DNA from: Bacteroidota bacterium
GTDB lineage: Bacteria > Bacteroidota > Bacteroidia > JABDFU01
Direction: 5' to 3'
Length of the DNA: 64,000 nt
Assembly (NCBI GenBank): GCA_016183775.1
Contig: JACPDY010000144.1
Span: 6,185 to 70,184 of the forward strand
Numbering within the stretch: position 1 is the stretch's first letter; each line of letters opens with the position of its first letter. The notes under the pieces were generated by a model. It searched no databases. It saw only the letters and a program-made list of their open reading frames with translations, and had not been told where the DNA came from. This document shows positions 37,236 to 48,700 of this stretch, piece by piece. The position numbers and the translations under genes were made by a program.

Positions 37236-38450
37236 TTAATACAGTAAGTTATTATGCGGATAGCGTTTAACATGCATTTCTTTCACCATGTTATAAAGTA
37301 AAGTTTTAAACTCTTCAATGTTTTGTTTATTGGTTGCTGAAATAAAAATACATTGAGAATTAATTTTCCCCATCCAGCTTTTTTTCAATTGATCCAAACT
37401 GAGATTTTCTTTGGTAACAGGAGTTAAATCATCATCGTCTTTTGGAAGAAATTTATACGCATCAATTTTGTTGAACACAAGTATAGTTGGTTTGTCGTGC
37501 GCTTTAATATCCGCAAGAGTCTGGTTAACAACGTTGATCTGGTCTTCAAATTTAGGATGCGATATATCCACAACATGTAATAAGATATCTGCCTCTCGAA
37601 CCTCGTCCAGCGTCGATTTGAAGGATTCAACCAGGTGTGTGGGCAGCTTACGGATAAAACCAACAGTATCCGAAAGTAAAAAAGGAACATTATCAATAAC
37701 CACTTTGCGCACTGTAGTGTCAAGTGTGGCGAATAATTTGTTCTCGGCAAATACAGTTGATTTGCTAAGCATATTCATAATAGTTGATTTACCAACGTTG
37801 GTATAACCAACAAGCGCAACCCGGATAAGTTCTCCGCGATTTTTGCGCTGAGACGCCATTTGCTTGTCAATTTTAATAAGATCTTCTTTAAGAAGGGATA
37901 TTCTGTCGCGCACAATACGTCTGTCGGTCTCAATTTCTTTTTCACCCGGTCCGCGCATACCTATACCGCCGCGTTGACGTTCAAGGTGGGTCCACATACC
38001 CGCTAAGCGGGGAAGCATATATTGGTATTGGGCAAGCTCTACCTGTGTTTGAGCGTGTGCGGTTTGAGCACGGGCGGCGAATATGTCAAGTATAAGATTG
38101 GTGCGGTCCAGGATTTTTCTTCCCATTTCTTTTTCCAGGTTACGGATCTGGGAGGGAGACAGCTCATCATCGAAAATGAGCAGCGATACATTATTTTCGT
38201 CAACGTATTTTTTTATTTCCAGCACTTTTCCGGAACCTACAAACGTGCGAATGTCAGGTTTATCAAGGCGTTGAGTAAATCGTTTTAGTGTAATTACTCC
38301 GGCAGTACTGGCTAAAAATTCAAGCTCATCGAGGTAGTCTTTCACTTCCTGTTCATCCTGCTGTTTTGCAATTATACCAACCAATACAGCGGTGTCAGCT
38401 TGTTTTGCAGTGTCAATCAGCTGCTTCCTCAGGGATATTTTTTTTTGCAT
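37236..38450 (-). CDS. hflX: GTPase HflX
   Basis: N-terminal HflX domain plus a G domain (GYTNVGKSTIMN; DTVGFIRKLP; NKID). Confidence 0.9.
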   Translation of the reverse strand: MQKKISLRKQLIDTAKQADTAVLVGIIAKQQDEQEVKDYLDELEFLASTAGVITLKRFTQRLDKPDIRTFVGSGKVLEIKKYVDENNVSLLIFDDELSPSQIRNLEKEMGRKILDRTNLILDIFAARAQTAHAQTQVELAQYQYMLPRLAGMWTHLERQRGGIGMRGPGEKEIETDRRIVRDRISLLKEDLIKIDKQMASQRKNRGELIRVALVGYTNVGKSTIMNMLSKSTVFAENKLFATLDTTVRKVVIDNVPFLLSDTVGFIRKLPTHLVESFKSTLDEVREADILLHVVDISHPKFEDQINVVNQTLADIKAHDKPTILVFNKIDAYKFLPKDDDDLTPVTKENLSLDQLKKSWMGKINSQCIFISATNKQNIEEFKTLLYNMVKEMHVKRYPHNNLLY

Positions 38451-38464
38451 CTGAAAGGAAAAAA

Positions 38465-39076
38465 TTATTTACGGAGCGTTTTTACATATTCAGATACAGC
38501 GGCAATTTGTTCGGGGTTTAGATGGCTGCCGAAACCCTGCATATTGTTCTTTCCGTTTGTGATCATTTCGATAATGCCCGCATCGTCCAATTGTGATAGT
38601 GAAATGTCTGTTGCACCCATCAGTCCGGCTTTACCATCCTCGCCATGACATTTGGTGCAGTAAGCAGAATAAAGTTCTTTACCATCGATTGATGAGACAA
38701 CAGTTGTATCATTGCTTTTTGGTTTTTGTTTTTTATTCACTTCAGCTAATCCGTAAGCCCCTATTATTAATAGCATTGCTAAAGAGGCGAGTGCCTTATT
38801 CGACCGTTTAAAGCCAATGATCGCAATCGGGATTGAAGCAAATACAGCGATGAGTTTGAAGATCATCAGTTTATTTATTTCAGGTTGCTGTGTGAGCATA
38901 TATATGCCCGAAGCAAGAAATAAAAAACTTACTATCATTTCAGGGACTTTGAACAGCCTGGAAAATCTAGCCAGTTGTTCAGTTTTGTTGGCTAACAATA
39001 AAATTGTTTTTATAAGATAAATAAGTAAAAACAGCAATACTACTATTTTGTGCGTAGTGTAAATTGATTGGTACAT
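38465..39076 (-). CDS. Membrane-anchored c-type cytochrome (class I)
   Basis: Four N-terminal TM helices, then a CTKCHG heme-binding motif (CxxCH) and a downstream Met ligand region. Confidence 0.75.
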   Translation of the reverse strand: MYQSIYTTHKIVVLLFLLIYLIKTILLLANKTEQLARFSRLFKVPEMIVSFLFLASGIYMLTQQPEINKLMIFKLIAVFASIPIAIIGFKRSNKALASLAMLLIIGAYGLAEVNKKQKPKSNDTTVVSSIDGKELYSAYCTKCHGEDGKAGLMGATDISLSQLDDAGIIEMITNGKNNMQGFGSHLNPEQIAAVSEYVKTLRK

Positions 39077-39547
39077 AGTGTTTGTTTTAATTGTCAGTAA
39101 TTAATCGATCGAAACCCGCTGCCAATGGAGCTGTTGCGATCCTTTCCGATTTTCGGAACTGTGAAACACCCACGAATTCATTTATATCTAAAAAATGAGT
39201 GAGGATACCTGCGGTATAAATGTAAAAATAAAATGTGCTTATAAGAAAAATTGCATTTACGGAACAGCTATTTTTCACCTATTGTATACTTATTAACAGG
39301 GTTTTTTCAGATTATTCGCAGAGTCCATCAATAATTTTAAGCCGGTAATTTACTGGGCTAAATGAAATTTATTATAAATAATTGAAAATCAATTAGTTAT
39401 ATTTTGTTGATGTATAATTGAAGAGTTATTGATCAGTAATTGTTGAAAAGTGTCAATGTACAATGTAACCTTAGGTTTTGAAATACGTATAAGTACCTAA
39501 GAAAAGTCGAATATTTATAGGTTGAATGTTGATATTTCTTAATATTT

Positions 39548-42500
39548 TTGCCGATGGAAAGACAAGTAGTACCATATCCTTTTAGTTTATACCGCCAGTC
39601 GCGGACTTATTCCGATAAGAAGTTTTTCAATTCTTTTGCATTTCTATTTTTAACGGGCTTATTTGTTTTATTGCAATCTGCTAATGCCGCTAACTATTAC
39701 TGGAGGGGAAATGGAGGAAACTGGAGTGATCTTACACATTGGGCGAGCTCATCAGGCGGAGCGGGAAGTGCTTATGCAACTCCTCCAACAGCCGCTGATA
39801 ATGTTTTTTTCGATGCCAATTCGATTACAGCCGCTTCGCAAACTATTACTTTTAACGTAAATCCCACTTGTGCCAATTTTAATTTAACAGGAGTTCTTAA
39901 TTACCCAACCTTTGCCGGTGCATCTACAATTACTTTTTATTGTTCGGGTTCCTGGACCTGGGCTTCAGCGGCGTTAACATATGCGGGAAAAGTGGAGTTT
40001 AATGGAACCGGGAGTCATACTATTACAACAACAGGTGTCATTTTTAACAGTTGGGTAACAATAAATTCAACAGGAGGAACTTATACTGTACAAGATTATT
40101 TATATGTAGATTATAACAACACTGACGGAATTCTCAGATTACAAAGCGGAACACTAAACACAAATAGCAAGCCTGTATATTGTAATATACTTAATTGCAA
40201 CATTGTAGATAATGTTCGCGCACTTAATTTAGGGACATCCAGTGTAAATGTTTATGGAACCGGAACGGCGATTGATTTTAGGGGTAATACAACCAACTTT
40301 ACCCTTACATCATCACCTACCTCTCAGATCTATTTAAATGGTACGAGCGCTACAATTCAGGTTGGTACTATCGCAAAAACAATACCTAAAATTACAGCAA
40401 ATGCTATCACCGGTACACTGCAAATAACTTCCGGTACAGTTGCAAATACAACAGAGCGGATCACTTTCGGTGATATTGTAACTTCGGGAACTGCCGGCTC
40501 TCTTCGTATTGATGCGGGTAGTGTGAACACCAATCAAAAAACATTTGGAAATATAACTTCAAGTAAATATGTTTCGATTTCGGGCGCTAACGGAACAACA
40601 TGGGGTTCGGCCGACCGCATGATATTTACCGGAAATGTTAATGTAGGTTCGTTTGATATATACGGTAATTTTGCCGAAGTGCAGGGCAATTTTACACAAA
40701 ACCAGCCTGCGGCTACTCCTGCTGCCGCTTCTCCGGTAGTTACTGCCGGGACCACTTCCTATTTTCGAAATAAAATAAAATTATTAGGGAATTTTACAGT
40801 CGGCGTGGGTCCAGACCTTGGTGCCACTGCGCCAAGGGGCTCTATTATCACCAGTGCCGTTGACACGATACAAATTTTAGGTAACATATATGTAAGCAAT
40901 TCACCGGGTATAATGTATGGAGCGCGTGACGGCTATACATTTAATGTTGAAAAGAAGGCGACAATTTCAGGAGGAGTAATTGTTGCCACAAATTGTATAT
41001 CTGCGATAACAACTACTTTAACTTCCAATACTGTAATTATTAACGGGACAATAAACACGGGAGTTGGATCTGCATTCGGGTTGGGCGGTTCTACCAATGT
41101 CGCAACCGGTATTTTTGCTGTTGACAGTATGATCGTTCAAAAGAATTCCAGCATTACCATTTTACCATCGAATGCTCCCGGTACTTCCACCACTATTAAT
41201 GAACTGGTAGTGGCTACCGCAAGCACATTCCAATTCGGTACTACCGGGACTGATACAACTGCCATTGGCCGGGTTACTTACACAGGCAGCTGTAACGGTT
41301 GGAGTGTATTCAAGAGTATTAGTTCAGGAACTGCAGCGAAGGTGAAGTTTACAAATGGACCTACTTTTGCATACGTGATGGCGAAGGATCTGAATATTAC
41401 CAGCGCTAACCTTACCATTAATTCAGGTATGGATCAGGGGAATAATACGGGGATCACATTTAATGCACCGGAAGCTGCTAAAACCTTTTACTGGGTAGGC
41501 GGACTGGCAGCTAATACCAAAACTGGCACCTACTCAACTGGCGTAAACAACAACTGGTCAAATCCTGATAATTGGTCCCTCGTTTCCGGCGTTTACAGTG
41601 CAACAAATGAATGTGCTCCCGGGCCATTAGATAATGTTCGGTTTGACGCCAGTTCATTTACTTCGGCTTCCAACAAAACATGCGATGTAGATCAGATGTA
41701 TACCTATGTGAATGATTTTGACTGTACCGGAGCTACCGCAGGTTCATTCTTAGATAATGGTATTGTAGGCGCTACGAACACTTATGGGTTTAAGCGATAT
41801 ATTTATGTATCCGGCAACATTACGCTGGCAGCCAATATGACCAATAATTTCGAAGGGACCTTCTACTTTAATGCAGGATCGGCCAAAACAATTACTTCTA
41901 ATGGCGCTCAGTTTTATGGCCCAATGGTTTTTGATAATACTGCCGGAGACTGGACCCTTGCCGATAACCTGAATATTAATTGCCAGTCGTTTTATGGCTA
42001 TTATGCAGACTTTACGGTGCAAACCGGAATTGTACGTGCAAATGCCGTTACAATAAACCTGGAAGGAGACTTTACAGTTTCAAACAGTGGAAGTTTTCTT
42101 AGTGGAACCGGCTCGGTAATATTTGATGCAACAAATTCACAAAATCCACTTGACCAGACTATAACGACTTCTGCAGCAACAACTTTTTATAATTTAACTG
42201 TATTAAGAACAAATGGTACCGCGTTCAGCAGTTGGGTTAAACAGAATAATGCCATAACAATCAACAATAATTTCTTAATTACCAGTGGTTTTCATTATGA
42301 TAATGGATATCAGATTACTGGTAACGGAACAGGGACAATGACAATGTCGGCTGGTTCATATTTATATATTGGCAGAAGCAACAGTATTGCTACTATTTTT
42401 CCAACTAATTTTGTTTATGCCAATATTACGCTTGATCCGACGAGTACTGTTTACTTTGGCGCTAATGCAACGCAAACTGTTTCCGGGTTGCCAGACTACG

Positions 42501-44323
42501 GTAATCTTGTTTTAATAAGAGCTGTGCCAGGAGTTGCCGCTACAGGCACAACTATGATGACAAAAACACTCACAGAACCGGTTCTTGTGAATACTTCTAT
42601 TTATATAGCAGTGTATAATAATTTTTATGATGGTGGTTTTCAGATAAGTTTTGATGCTGTCGGTCCGAATGCTATAACAATGCAGGCAACTACAAGTCAA
42701 CTGACGTTGGGCTCTGCCGGTTCCGTAACAACATTCCCTGTAAATTATACTCCTGCATCAGTCAATTTTGGCCACCCCTCTTATGTTGTATATAATGCCG
42801 GGGCGGATCAAACTATTGAAGGGTTGTTTGGTACAACTCCTGCAAACTATTCACATTTAACATTAACAAATTCACCTGCGGCAGCCGCTACTAAATCATT
42901 AAATGCAAATACTATTATTCGTGGAAATTTATTGATCGACCCAAGCAATGTAATGGATGTAACTGCCTCTAATTATTCGATAACACTGGCTGGCAACTGG
43001 ACCGACAAAGGTACTTTTACTGAACGTCTCGGTATGGTAACCTTTAATGGCACAGCTCTTCAAACAATAAATATCAATAATAATGTTGAAACTTTCTATG
43101 ACGTTACATTTAATAATACGGTGGTTCCGACAGATGCGGCGGGTTCCATTTCAATTGTCGACGATATTGTGATAGCGCACTCGGCCACATTCACTGATGG
43201 TGTTGTATGTGCCACTACTGCTTCTCCTGCCGACGAACTGGTAACATTTAATGACGATGCAACCACCAGCGGGGCCAGCAATAATTCATTTGTGAATGGC
43301 AGAGTAAGAAAGATTGGTAATGAAGCATTTGTATTCCCTACCGGAAATAATGTAAGCAAGTATGCACCTATTGGCATAACTGCTCCTTCACTTACAACCG
43401 ATCATTTTACAGCAAGGTATTTCGATAACAGTCCGAATGCCCAGGGATACACCCGAACACTAAAAGATACGACACTTGATCACGTAAGCAGTGCCGAATA
43501 CTGGATACTCGACCGTACCAACGGTACTTCGGATATAACGCCTTCGTTATATTGGGATTCACCACGGAGCGGTGGTGTTGCAACGTTATCTCTGCTCAGA
43601 GTTGCGAAATGGGACGGAACCAAGTGGAAAGACCTTGGATTCCTGAATACGACCGGTACTACCACGTCAGGTAACCTTCAAACCTCCGCGGTTGTAACTT
43701 CTTTCAGTCCGTTTACCCTGGCAACTGACAGTTCAGGCGGTTTTTACGAAAATCCTCTGCCTATCGAGCTAATAAATTTTACAGCAAAGGCGGTTGATAA
43801 CAAGTACACACAATTAGAATGGACAACTTCAACAGAAACAAATAACGATTACTTTACTGTGGAGAGATCAAGAGATGGTATTCATAACTTTGAACAGGTG
43901 GCGACTGTAAAGGGAGCCGGAAACAGCAGTAAATTGTTAACCTACAGTACTCAGGATCTCAATCCTTTAAATGGCCTGAGTTATTACCGCTTAAAGCAAA
44001 CCGATTTTGACGGTAAGTATACCTACTCCAGGCTGGAGTCAGTTGTATTCAGTGATCTTCAGGAGGCATTTTACATATTCCCTAACCCGGCCACACCCGA
44101 TAATCCTGCACAACTGCATCCTACAACTTCTGAAAATGTAGAGGTGTTGGTTGTGGTATACGATATTTCGGGCAAACAGTACTTTTCGAAGATTGTTATC
44201 ACACAAAATTCGGGTGAAAATGTTTTTGCACTGGATCTGAATCAAACACTTGCCAAAGGAGTGTATTATATAATAGCTACAACCAACGACACTATTTACA
44301 AAAAGAAACTGGTGATACAATAA
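39548..44323 (+). CDS. Giant (about 1590 aa) secreted T9SS cargo with a type-A C-terminal sorting domain; beta-helix-like Thr/Asn/Gly-rich body
   Basis: Signal peptide present (FAFLFLTGLFVLLQSANA). The body has long runs of T/N/G/S-rich beta-strand repeats. The C-terminal 80 aa match the Por secretion tail (..LSYYRLKQTDFDGKYTYS.. GVYYIIATTNDTIYKKKLVIQ). Confidence 0.75.
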   Translation: MPMERQVVPYPFSLYRQSRTYSDKKFFNSFAFLFLTGLFVLLQSANAANYYWRGNGGNWSDLTHWASSSGGAGSAYATPPTAADNVFFDANSITAASQTITFNVNPTCANFNLTGVLNYPTFAGASTITFYCSGSWTWASAALTYAGKVEFNGTGSHTITTTGVIFNSWVTINSTGGTYTVQDYLYVDYNNTDGILRLQSGTLNTNSKPVYCNILNCNIVDNVRALNLGTSSVNVYGTGTAIDFRGNTTNFTLTSSPTSQIYLNGTSATIQVGTIAKTIPKITANAITGTLQITSGTVANTTERITFGDIVTSGTAGSLRIDAGSVNTNQKTFGNITSSKYVSISGANGTTWGSADRMIFTGNVNVGSFDIYGNFAEVQGNFTQNQPAATPAAASPVVTAGTTSYFRNKIKLLGNFTVGVGPDLGATAPRGSIITSAVDTIQILGNIYVSNSPGIMYGARDGYTFNVEKKATISGGVIVATNCISAITTTLTSNTVIINGTINTGVGSAFGLGGSTNVATGIFAVDSMIVQKNSSITILPSNAPGTSTTINELVVATASTFQFGTTGTDTTAIGRVTYTGSCNGWSVFKSISSGTAAKVKFTNGPTFAYVMAKDLNITSANLTINSGMDQGNNTGITFNAPEAAKTFYWVGGLAANTKTGTYSTGVNNNWSNPDNWSLVSGVYSATNECAPGPLDNVRFDASSFTSASNKTCDVDQMYTYVNDFDCTGATAGSFLDNGIVGATNTYGFKRYIYVSGNITLAANMTNNFEGTFYFNAGSAKTITSNGAQFYGPMVFDNTAGDWTLADNLNINCQSFYGYYADFTVQTGIVRANAVTINLEGDFTVSNSGSFLSGTGSVIFDATNSQNPLDQTITTSAATTFYNLTVLRTNGTAFSSWVKQNNAITINNNFLITSGFHYDNGYQITGNGTGTMTMSAGSYLYIGRSNSIATIFPTNFVYANITLDPTSTVYFGANATQTVSGLPDYGNLVLIRAVPGVAATGTTMMTKTLTEPVLVNTSIYIAVYNNFYDGGFQISFDAVGPNAITMQATTSQLTLGSAGSVTTFPVNYTPASVNFGHPSYVVYNAGADQTIEGLFGTTPANYSHLTLTNSPAAAATKSLNANTIIRGNLLIDPSNVMDVTASNYSITLAGNWTDKGTFTERLGMVTFNGTALQTININNNVETFYDVTFNNTVVPTDAAGSISIVDDIVIAHSATFTDGVVCATTASPADELVTFNDDATTSGASNNSFVNGRVRKIGNEAFVFPTGNNVSKYAPIGITAPSLTTDHFTARYFDNSPNAQGYTRTLKDTTLDHVSSAEYWILDRTNGTSDITPSLYWDSPRSGGVATLSLLRVAKWDGTKWKDLGFLNTTGTTTSGNLQTSAVVTSFSPFTLATDSSGGFYENPLPIELINFTAKAVDNKYTQLEWTTSTETNNDYFTVERSRDGIHNFEQVATVKGAGNSSKLLTYSTQDLNPLNGLSYYRLKQTDFDGKYTYSRLESVVFSDLQEAFYIFPNPATPDNPAQLHPTTSENVEVLVVVYDISGKQYFSKIVITQNSGENVFALDLNQTLAKGVYYIIATTNDTIYKKKLVIQ

Positions 44324-44347
44324 ATATACAATCGTTCAGAAAACCCC

Positions 44348-45646
44348 TTATCTGAGCGCATATTTCTTTTTGTATTTTTCATACAATGTCTTTTGATCGT
44401 TGTTCAGGTCAAGTTTTTTCCCTTTAATAAACGCCATCTCAACATTGTTGGTTTTCATGTCGAACGCATCTCCGGTAGAAATAAATAGGGTAGCGTCTTT
44501 ATTGTTTTCCAGGCTTCCAACAAGATTATCAATGCCCAATATTTTTGCGGCATTCAACGTAACTGACATAAGGGCCTCTTCTTTACTGAGTCCGTATGCG
44601 GCGGCTGTACCAGCATAAAAGGGTATGTTCCGGGTATGTATGGCTGCCATATCTCCTTCGTTTTGTAAACAAAATAAAATCCCCGCTTTTTGTAATAGCG
44701 AGGGAAGTTTAAAGGGCATATCAATGTCATCTCCGGGCCGCATGGGCAGATCGTGTATCCGGCTAACCATAACAGGAATATTATTTTCTTTTAACATAGC
44801 GGTAAGCATCCATGCGTCCATACCTCCGGTAATAACCGGGCTTTTGATCCCATTTTCCTTAATGAAATTGATCGCCGCTACCAGGTCTTTCACATGATCC
44901 GCATTAATAAAGAGTCTCTTAGACCCGTTAAAAATACCTTTCATTGATTCAAAACGAAGATTTTTTTCTTCATGAGCGTCGGCTTCGTTATAGGCTTTTG
45001 CGTCAAGAAAGAATTTTTTCAATTCGTTTATTTGGTTTACATATTGAAGCTTCCGGTTGGCGTTGCCGGTATCCGAATTGCTTTTTTCAATCGGCAGACG
45101 AGGAAAATTCAAGTGTACACCATCATCGGCTTTTAGCAAAGCATCTTCCCAGTTCCAGCCATCCAGCATAAAAACTGACGAAGTTCCTGAAAGCATTCCT
45201 CTACGGGGTGCTGCCTGCACTATCAAAACCCCATTAAAGCGAACAGTAGGAATTATTTTTGAATCCGTATTGAACGCGATCTGTGTTCGCACTTCAGGGT
45301 TGATCAAGCCCACTTCATCAAAATCATTTGTGGCGCGGACCGCTTCAATTTCAATAAGACCAAGCGGTGAGTTTGGGGCTATTATACCGGGATAAACATG
45401 TTTGCCGGGTATATTAATAATTGTATCGAACGCTGAGCCGTTTATTTTAATTGCGGTGGCGTCCGCCACTAAATTGAGTTTTCCATCCTTAAATCCTATT
45501 GCTGAATTTTCAATTACCTTTCCATTACCTAAATGCGCGATGCCATTCATTAATAATATGCTTTTTGTTTGAGCAGGGGCAGGGGTTTGCGCGATGGCGC
45601 AGTGAAGAATTAAAAATAAAAAATTAAGAATGAATAATTTTTTCAT
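44348..45646 (-). CDS. Amidohydrolase family protein (432 aa, secreted)
   Basis: Signal peptide present, with metal-dependent hydrolase TIM-barrel motifs (GIIAPNSPLGL; HLNFPRL). Confidence 0.75.
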   Translation of the reverse strand: MKKLFILNFLFLILHCAIAQTPAPAQTKSILLMNGIAHLGNGKVIENSAIGFKDGKLNLVADATAIKINGSAFDTIINIPGKHVYPGIIAPNSPLGLIEIEAVRATNDFDEVGLINPEVRTQIAFNTDSKIIPTVRFNGVLIVQAAPRRGMLSGTSSVFMLDGWNWEDALLKADDGVHLNFPRLPIEKSNSDTGNANRKLQYVNQINELKKFFLDAKAYNEADAHEEKNLRFESMKGIFNGSKRLFINADHVKDLVAAINFIKENGIKSPVITGGMDAWMLTAMLKENNIPVMVSRIHDLPMRPGDDIDMPFKLPSLLQKAGILFCLQNEGDMAAIHTRNIPFYAGTAAAYGLSKEEALMSVTLNAAKILGIDNLVGSLENNKDATLFISTGDAFDMKTNNVEMAFIKGKKLDLNNDQKTLYEKYKKKYALR

Positions 45647-45709
45647 ATTGTTTTAAATTTAAACATATAACGAACAAACTGATTACCGATCACTGATCAC
45701 CGGTTACTA

Positions 45710-48700
45710 CTAATAACTCTCCTCCTCCTCAAAATCATCACAATGTTTCATCTTTTGCTGTTTCGATTCAGCCCTCTGCGTTTTTTCGCCATTCTTTTTA
45801 GCGGCTATCATTTTCTGAATCAAACGCGTCCTTTCTTTCTGCATATCATCGCGCAGTTTTTTATCCTTATCGATGTCATAATAAATTATACCATCAATAA
45901 TTGTTTTCTCCGCTTTTGTATTTACCGACAATGGGTTGTCTGACCACAGAACCACGTCGGCATCATACCCGACTTTTACATAACCCACTTTTTTATCAAG
46001 ATGAAGTAACTTAGCAGGATTAAGTGTACACAACTTAAGTGCATCCTCTTCACTTAGTCCTCCATACTTAATTGCTTTTGCCGATTCCTGATTAAGACGT
46101 CTGCCCATTTCGGCATCATCGGAATTAATGGCCGTAACAATACCCATTTTACTTAGTATAGCCGCGTTATAAGGTATGGCATCCTTCACTTCCATTTTAT
46201 AGGCCCACCAGTCGGCAAAGGTCGATCCGCCCGCGCCATGTGCTTTCATTTTATCCGCCACTTTGTATCCTTCCAGGATGTGTGTGAATGTGTTTACTTT
46301 GAAACCCATGGAGTCGGCCACATGCATCAGCATATTTATCTCCGACTGAACGTAGGAATGACAGGTGACAAAACGCTTTTTATTTAATATTTCCAGTATG
46401 GCATCCAATTCAATGTCTTTTCTTGGCGGTTGTGTCAGAGTTTTTTCATTTTTTGACAGGGCATTGTATTTTTTTATGCGTTCATCATATTCTTTCGCAC
46501 GTGTAAATACATCATAATATACCTGTTCAACACCCATGCGTGTTTGGGGAAAGCGGGTATTGAATCCATCGCCCCAGTTCGATTGTTTTACATTTTCGCC
46601 GAGGGCAAATTTGATAAACCCATCTGCATTTTCGATTTTCATTTTTTCCGGTGATTGTCCCCAGCGTAATTTTATTAACGCCGACTGACCGCCAACGGGA
46701 TTAGCCGAACCATGGAGTAACTGGCTGGCGGTTACTCCACCAGCAAGCTGACGGTAAATATTTATATCGTCACTGTTGACGACATCTCCAATGCGTACTT
46801 CTGCAGTCACGGACTGTGCAGCTTCATTCACATTTCCCGAAACGGCAATGTGCGAGTGTTCATCAATGATTCCCGCTGTTAAGTGCTTGCCTGTACCATC
46901 TATCTCCACAGCATTTGCTGTTTTCAGAGGTTTGATCGCATCGTCAATGGCCACAATATGTCCGCTATTGATGTACACATCTTTGTTTTTTAAAACGCCC
47001 GTACTGTCATTGGTCCATACGGTAACATTTTTTATTAATATGGCATGCTGGCGTTCCCTGAGCTGCTGCGCAAACGTTCTGTCTTTATCTGGTTCGCCGT
47101 AAGCGCAAAACGGATAATACACTTCGCCGATTGTTGGTTTTTCTTTTTGGGCAGTATCTTTTTTAGCAGGTTCCTTTAGATCTGATTTATATGTTGCCGT
47201 CCAATCTACCCATTCACCCGTATTCAGTTCCCCGCGACCGCGGAGTATAATGCGCCCTTCAGGAGAGAGCCCGCCTGTAAAAAATTTCTTTTCATCAATA
47301 ACTCCGCTCAGGCGTATAGTTTCTTTCTGTGATCCGGGAATAAAAGAGATGGATATTGCATTATGATCTGCTTTAATAATAGCAGTTGTTTTATTTGTAT
47401 CATTAGCGGCAGACAGTATTCCTTTAAAGTCACCGGGCTCACCTTTTATTTTCATTGAATATTGTTTATCAGGCCCTACTTTAAGATCATAATTACCATT
47501 CAGGTCCGTAACATTATAATCGTTGATAATATATTGGTTTCCTTTTATCCAATTTTCGTGAATCTTTGTTTTGGCATCGAACAGGTTTCCTGAAGTAATG
47601 ATAAAGCCGGCAAGCATGCCTTTTTTCAATCGCCCCGCTTTTGCAGATATACCAAGCATTTCGGCGGGCGTTACTGTTAAGGCTTTTAACGCCTGTTTTT
47701 CCGAGAGTCCATGATCGATCGCTTTGCGAAGATTCTTCCAGAAGTCGTTTTTATCTTTCAGGTCGGCAGCAGTCAATGCAAACTCAATAGATTTCTTTTC
47801 AAAGAATGAAGGATTGGCGGGAGCCATTTCCCAATGTTTCAGTTCTTCCATTGAAATATTCATGGCATCATATGGGTCATCTACATTGTAGGCGTTAGGG
47901 AAATTGAGCGGCAGAATAAAGCGGCAATGGGTTTCCTTAATATCTTCCAGTCGTTGGTATTCATCACCGGCACCTTTAATTATGTATTGCGTACTAAACT
48001 CCTTACCGATCTTCGCCGCGCGCAGGGCCGATAGTTTATCTTTTACCTCAAAGAATTGCGGCAATGCAAGTAATTTATTCCAGGCATCAAGGGAAGCGTT
48101 GAACTCTGTCTTTTTCTGATTTTCTTTATACCATTGTGCATCCAGGTAAGTCTGTCGTATCAGTGCAATACTACCCATCAGCGATGAGGGATATTGCTGG
48201 GAAGAACTTCCTTTGTCAAACGAATAACAGGCTGCAGCTTTATCTACGATCACCGATTCATTTTCATTCTCTTCGCCCAGTCCTACTATAGCTGCGGAGC
48301 CTCGTGCAATGCCGTCTTTTTGCAACGTCAATACAATGCCGAAACCAAGTTTGCGGTATTCTTCAGCAGCTTTTTTATCATGCACAAAAGAACGGAAAGC
48401 GTCAAACTCCGCTTTGATAGCCTGGTTCCAATTATAAGCGCCTTTGGTAGAGCTTTCATATTGAGGAGGCTGAGATCTGTTTCTTGCCGCTTTTTTAACT
48501 TCCGGTAAACCGTAACCTGTGTAAATATCTATCAATGAAGGGTAAATATTTTTCCCTTTTAAGTCGTAAGTGAGGGTGCCTTTTGGCAAAGTAACTTTGT
48601 CACCGACTTCAACTATTTCGCCATCTTTAATCAGTAATGTTCCATTTTCGATAATAGTTTCAAAATCGGTATATATCCTGGCGTTGGTGAATGCATAATA

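Noticed and set aside
39087-39278. 63-aa ORF upstream of the cytochrome c gene.
   Set aside because: It lies in an AT-rich intergenic region with no motif. It is likely non-coding.
45655-45740. Shared atcactgatcac plus GAGGAGG/CTCCTCC words between 4055-4150 and 45655-45740 as a dispersed repeat.
   Set aside because: The only shared piece is one 12-mer palindromic core. The second site's CTCCTC run is the coding sequence for the EEEESY tail of the amidohydrolase. Coincidence is judged most likely.
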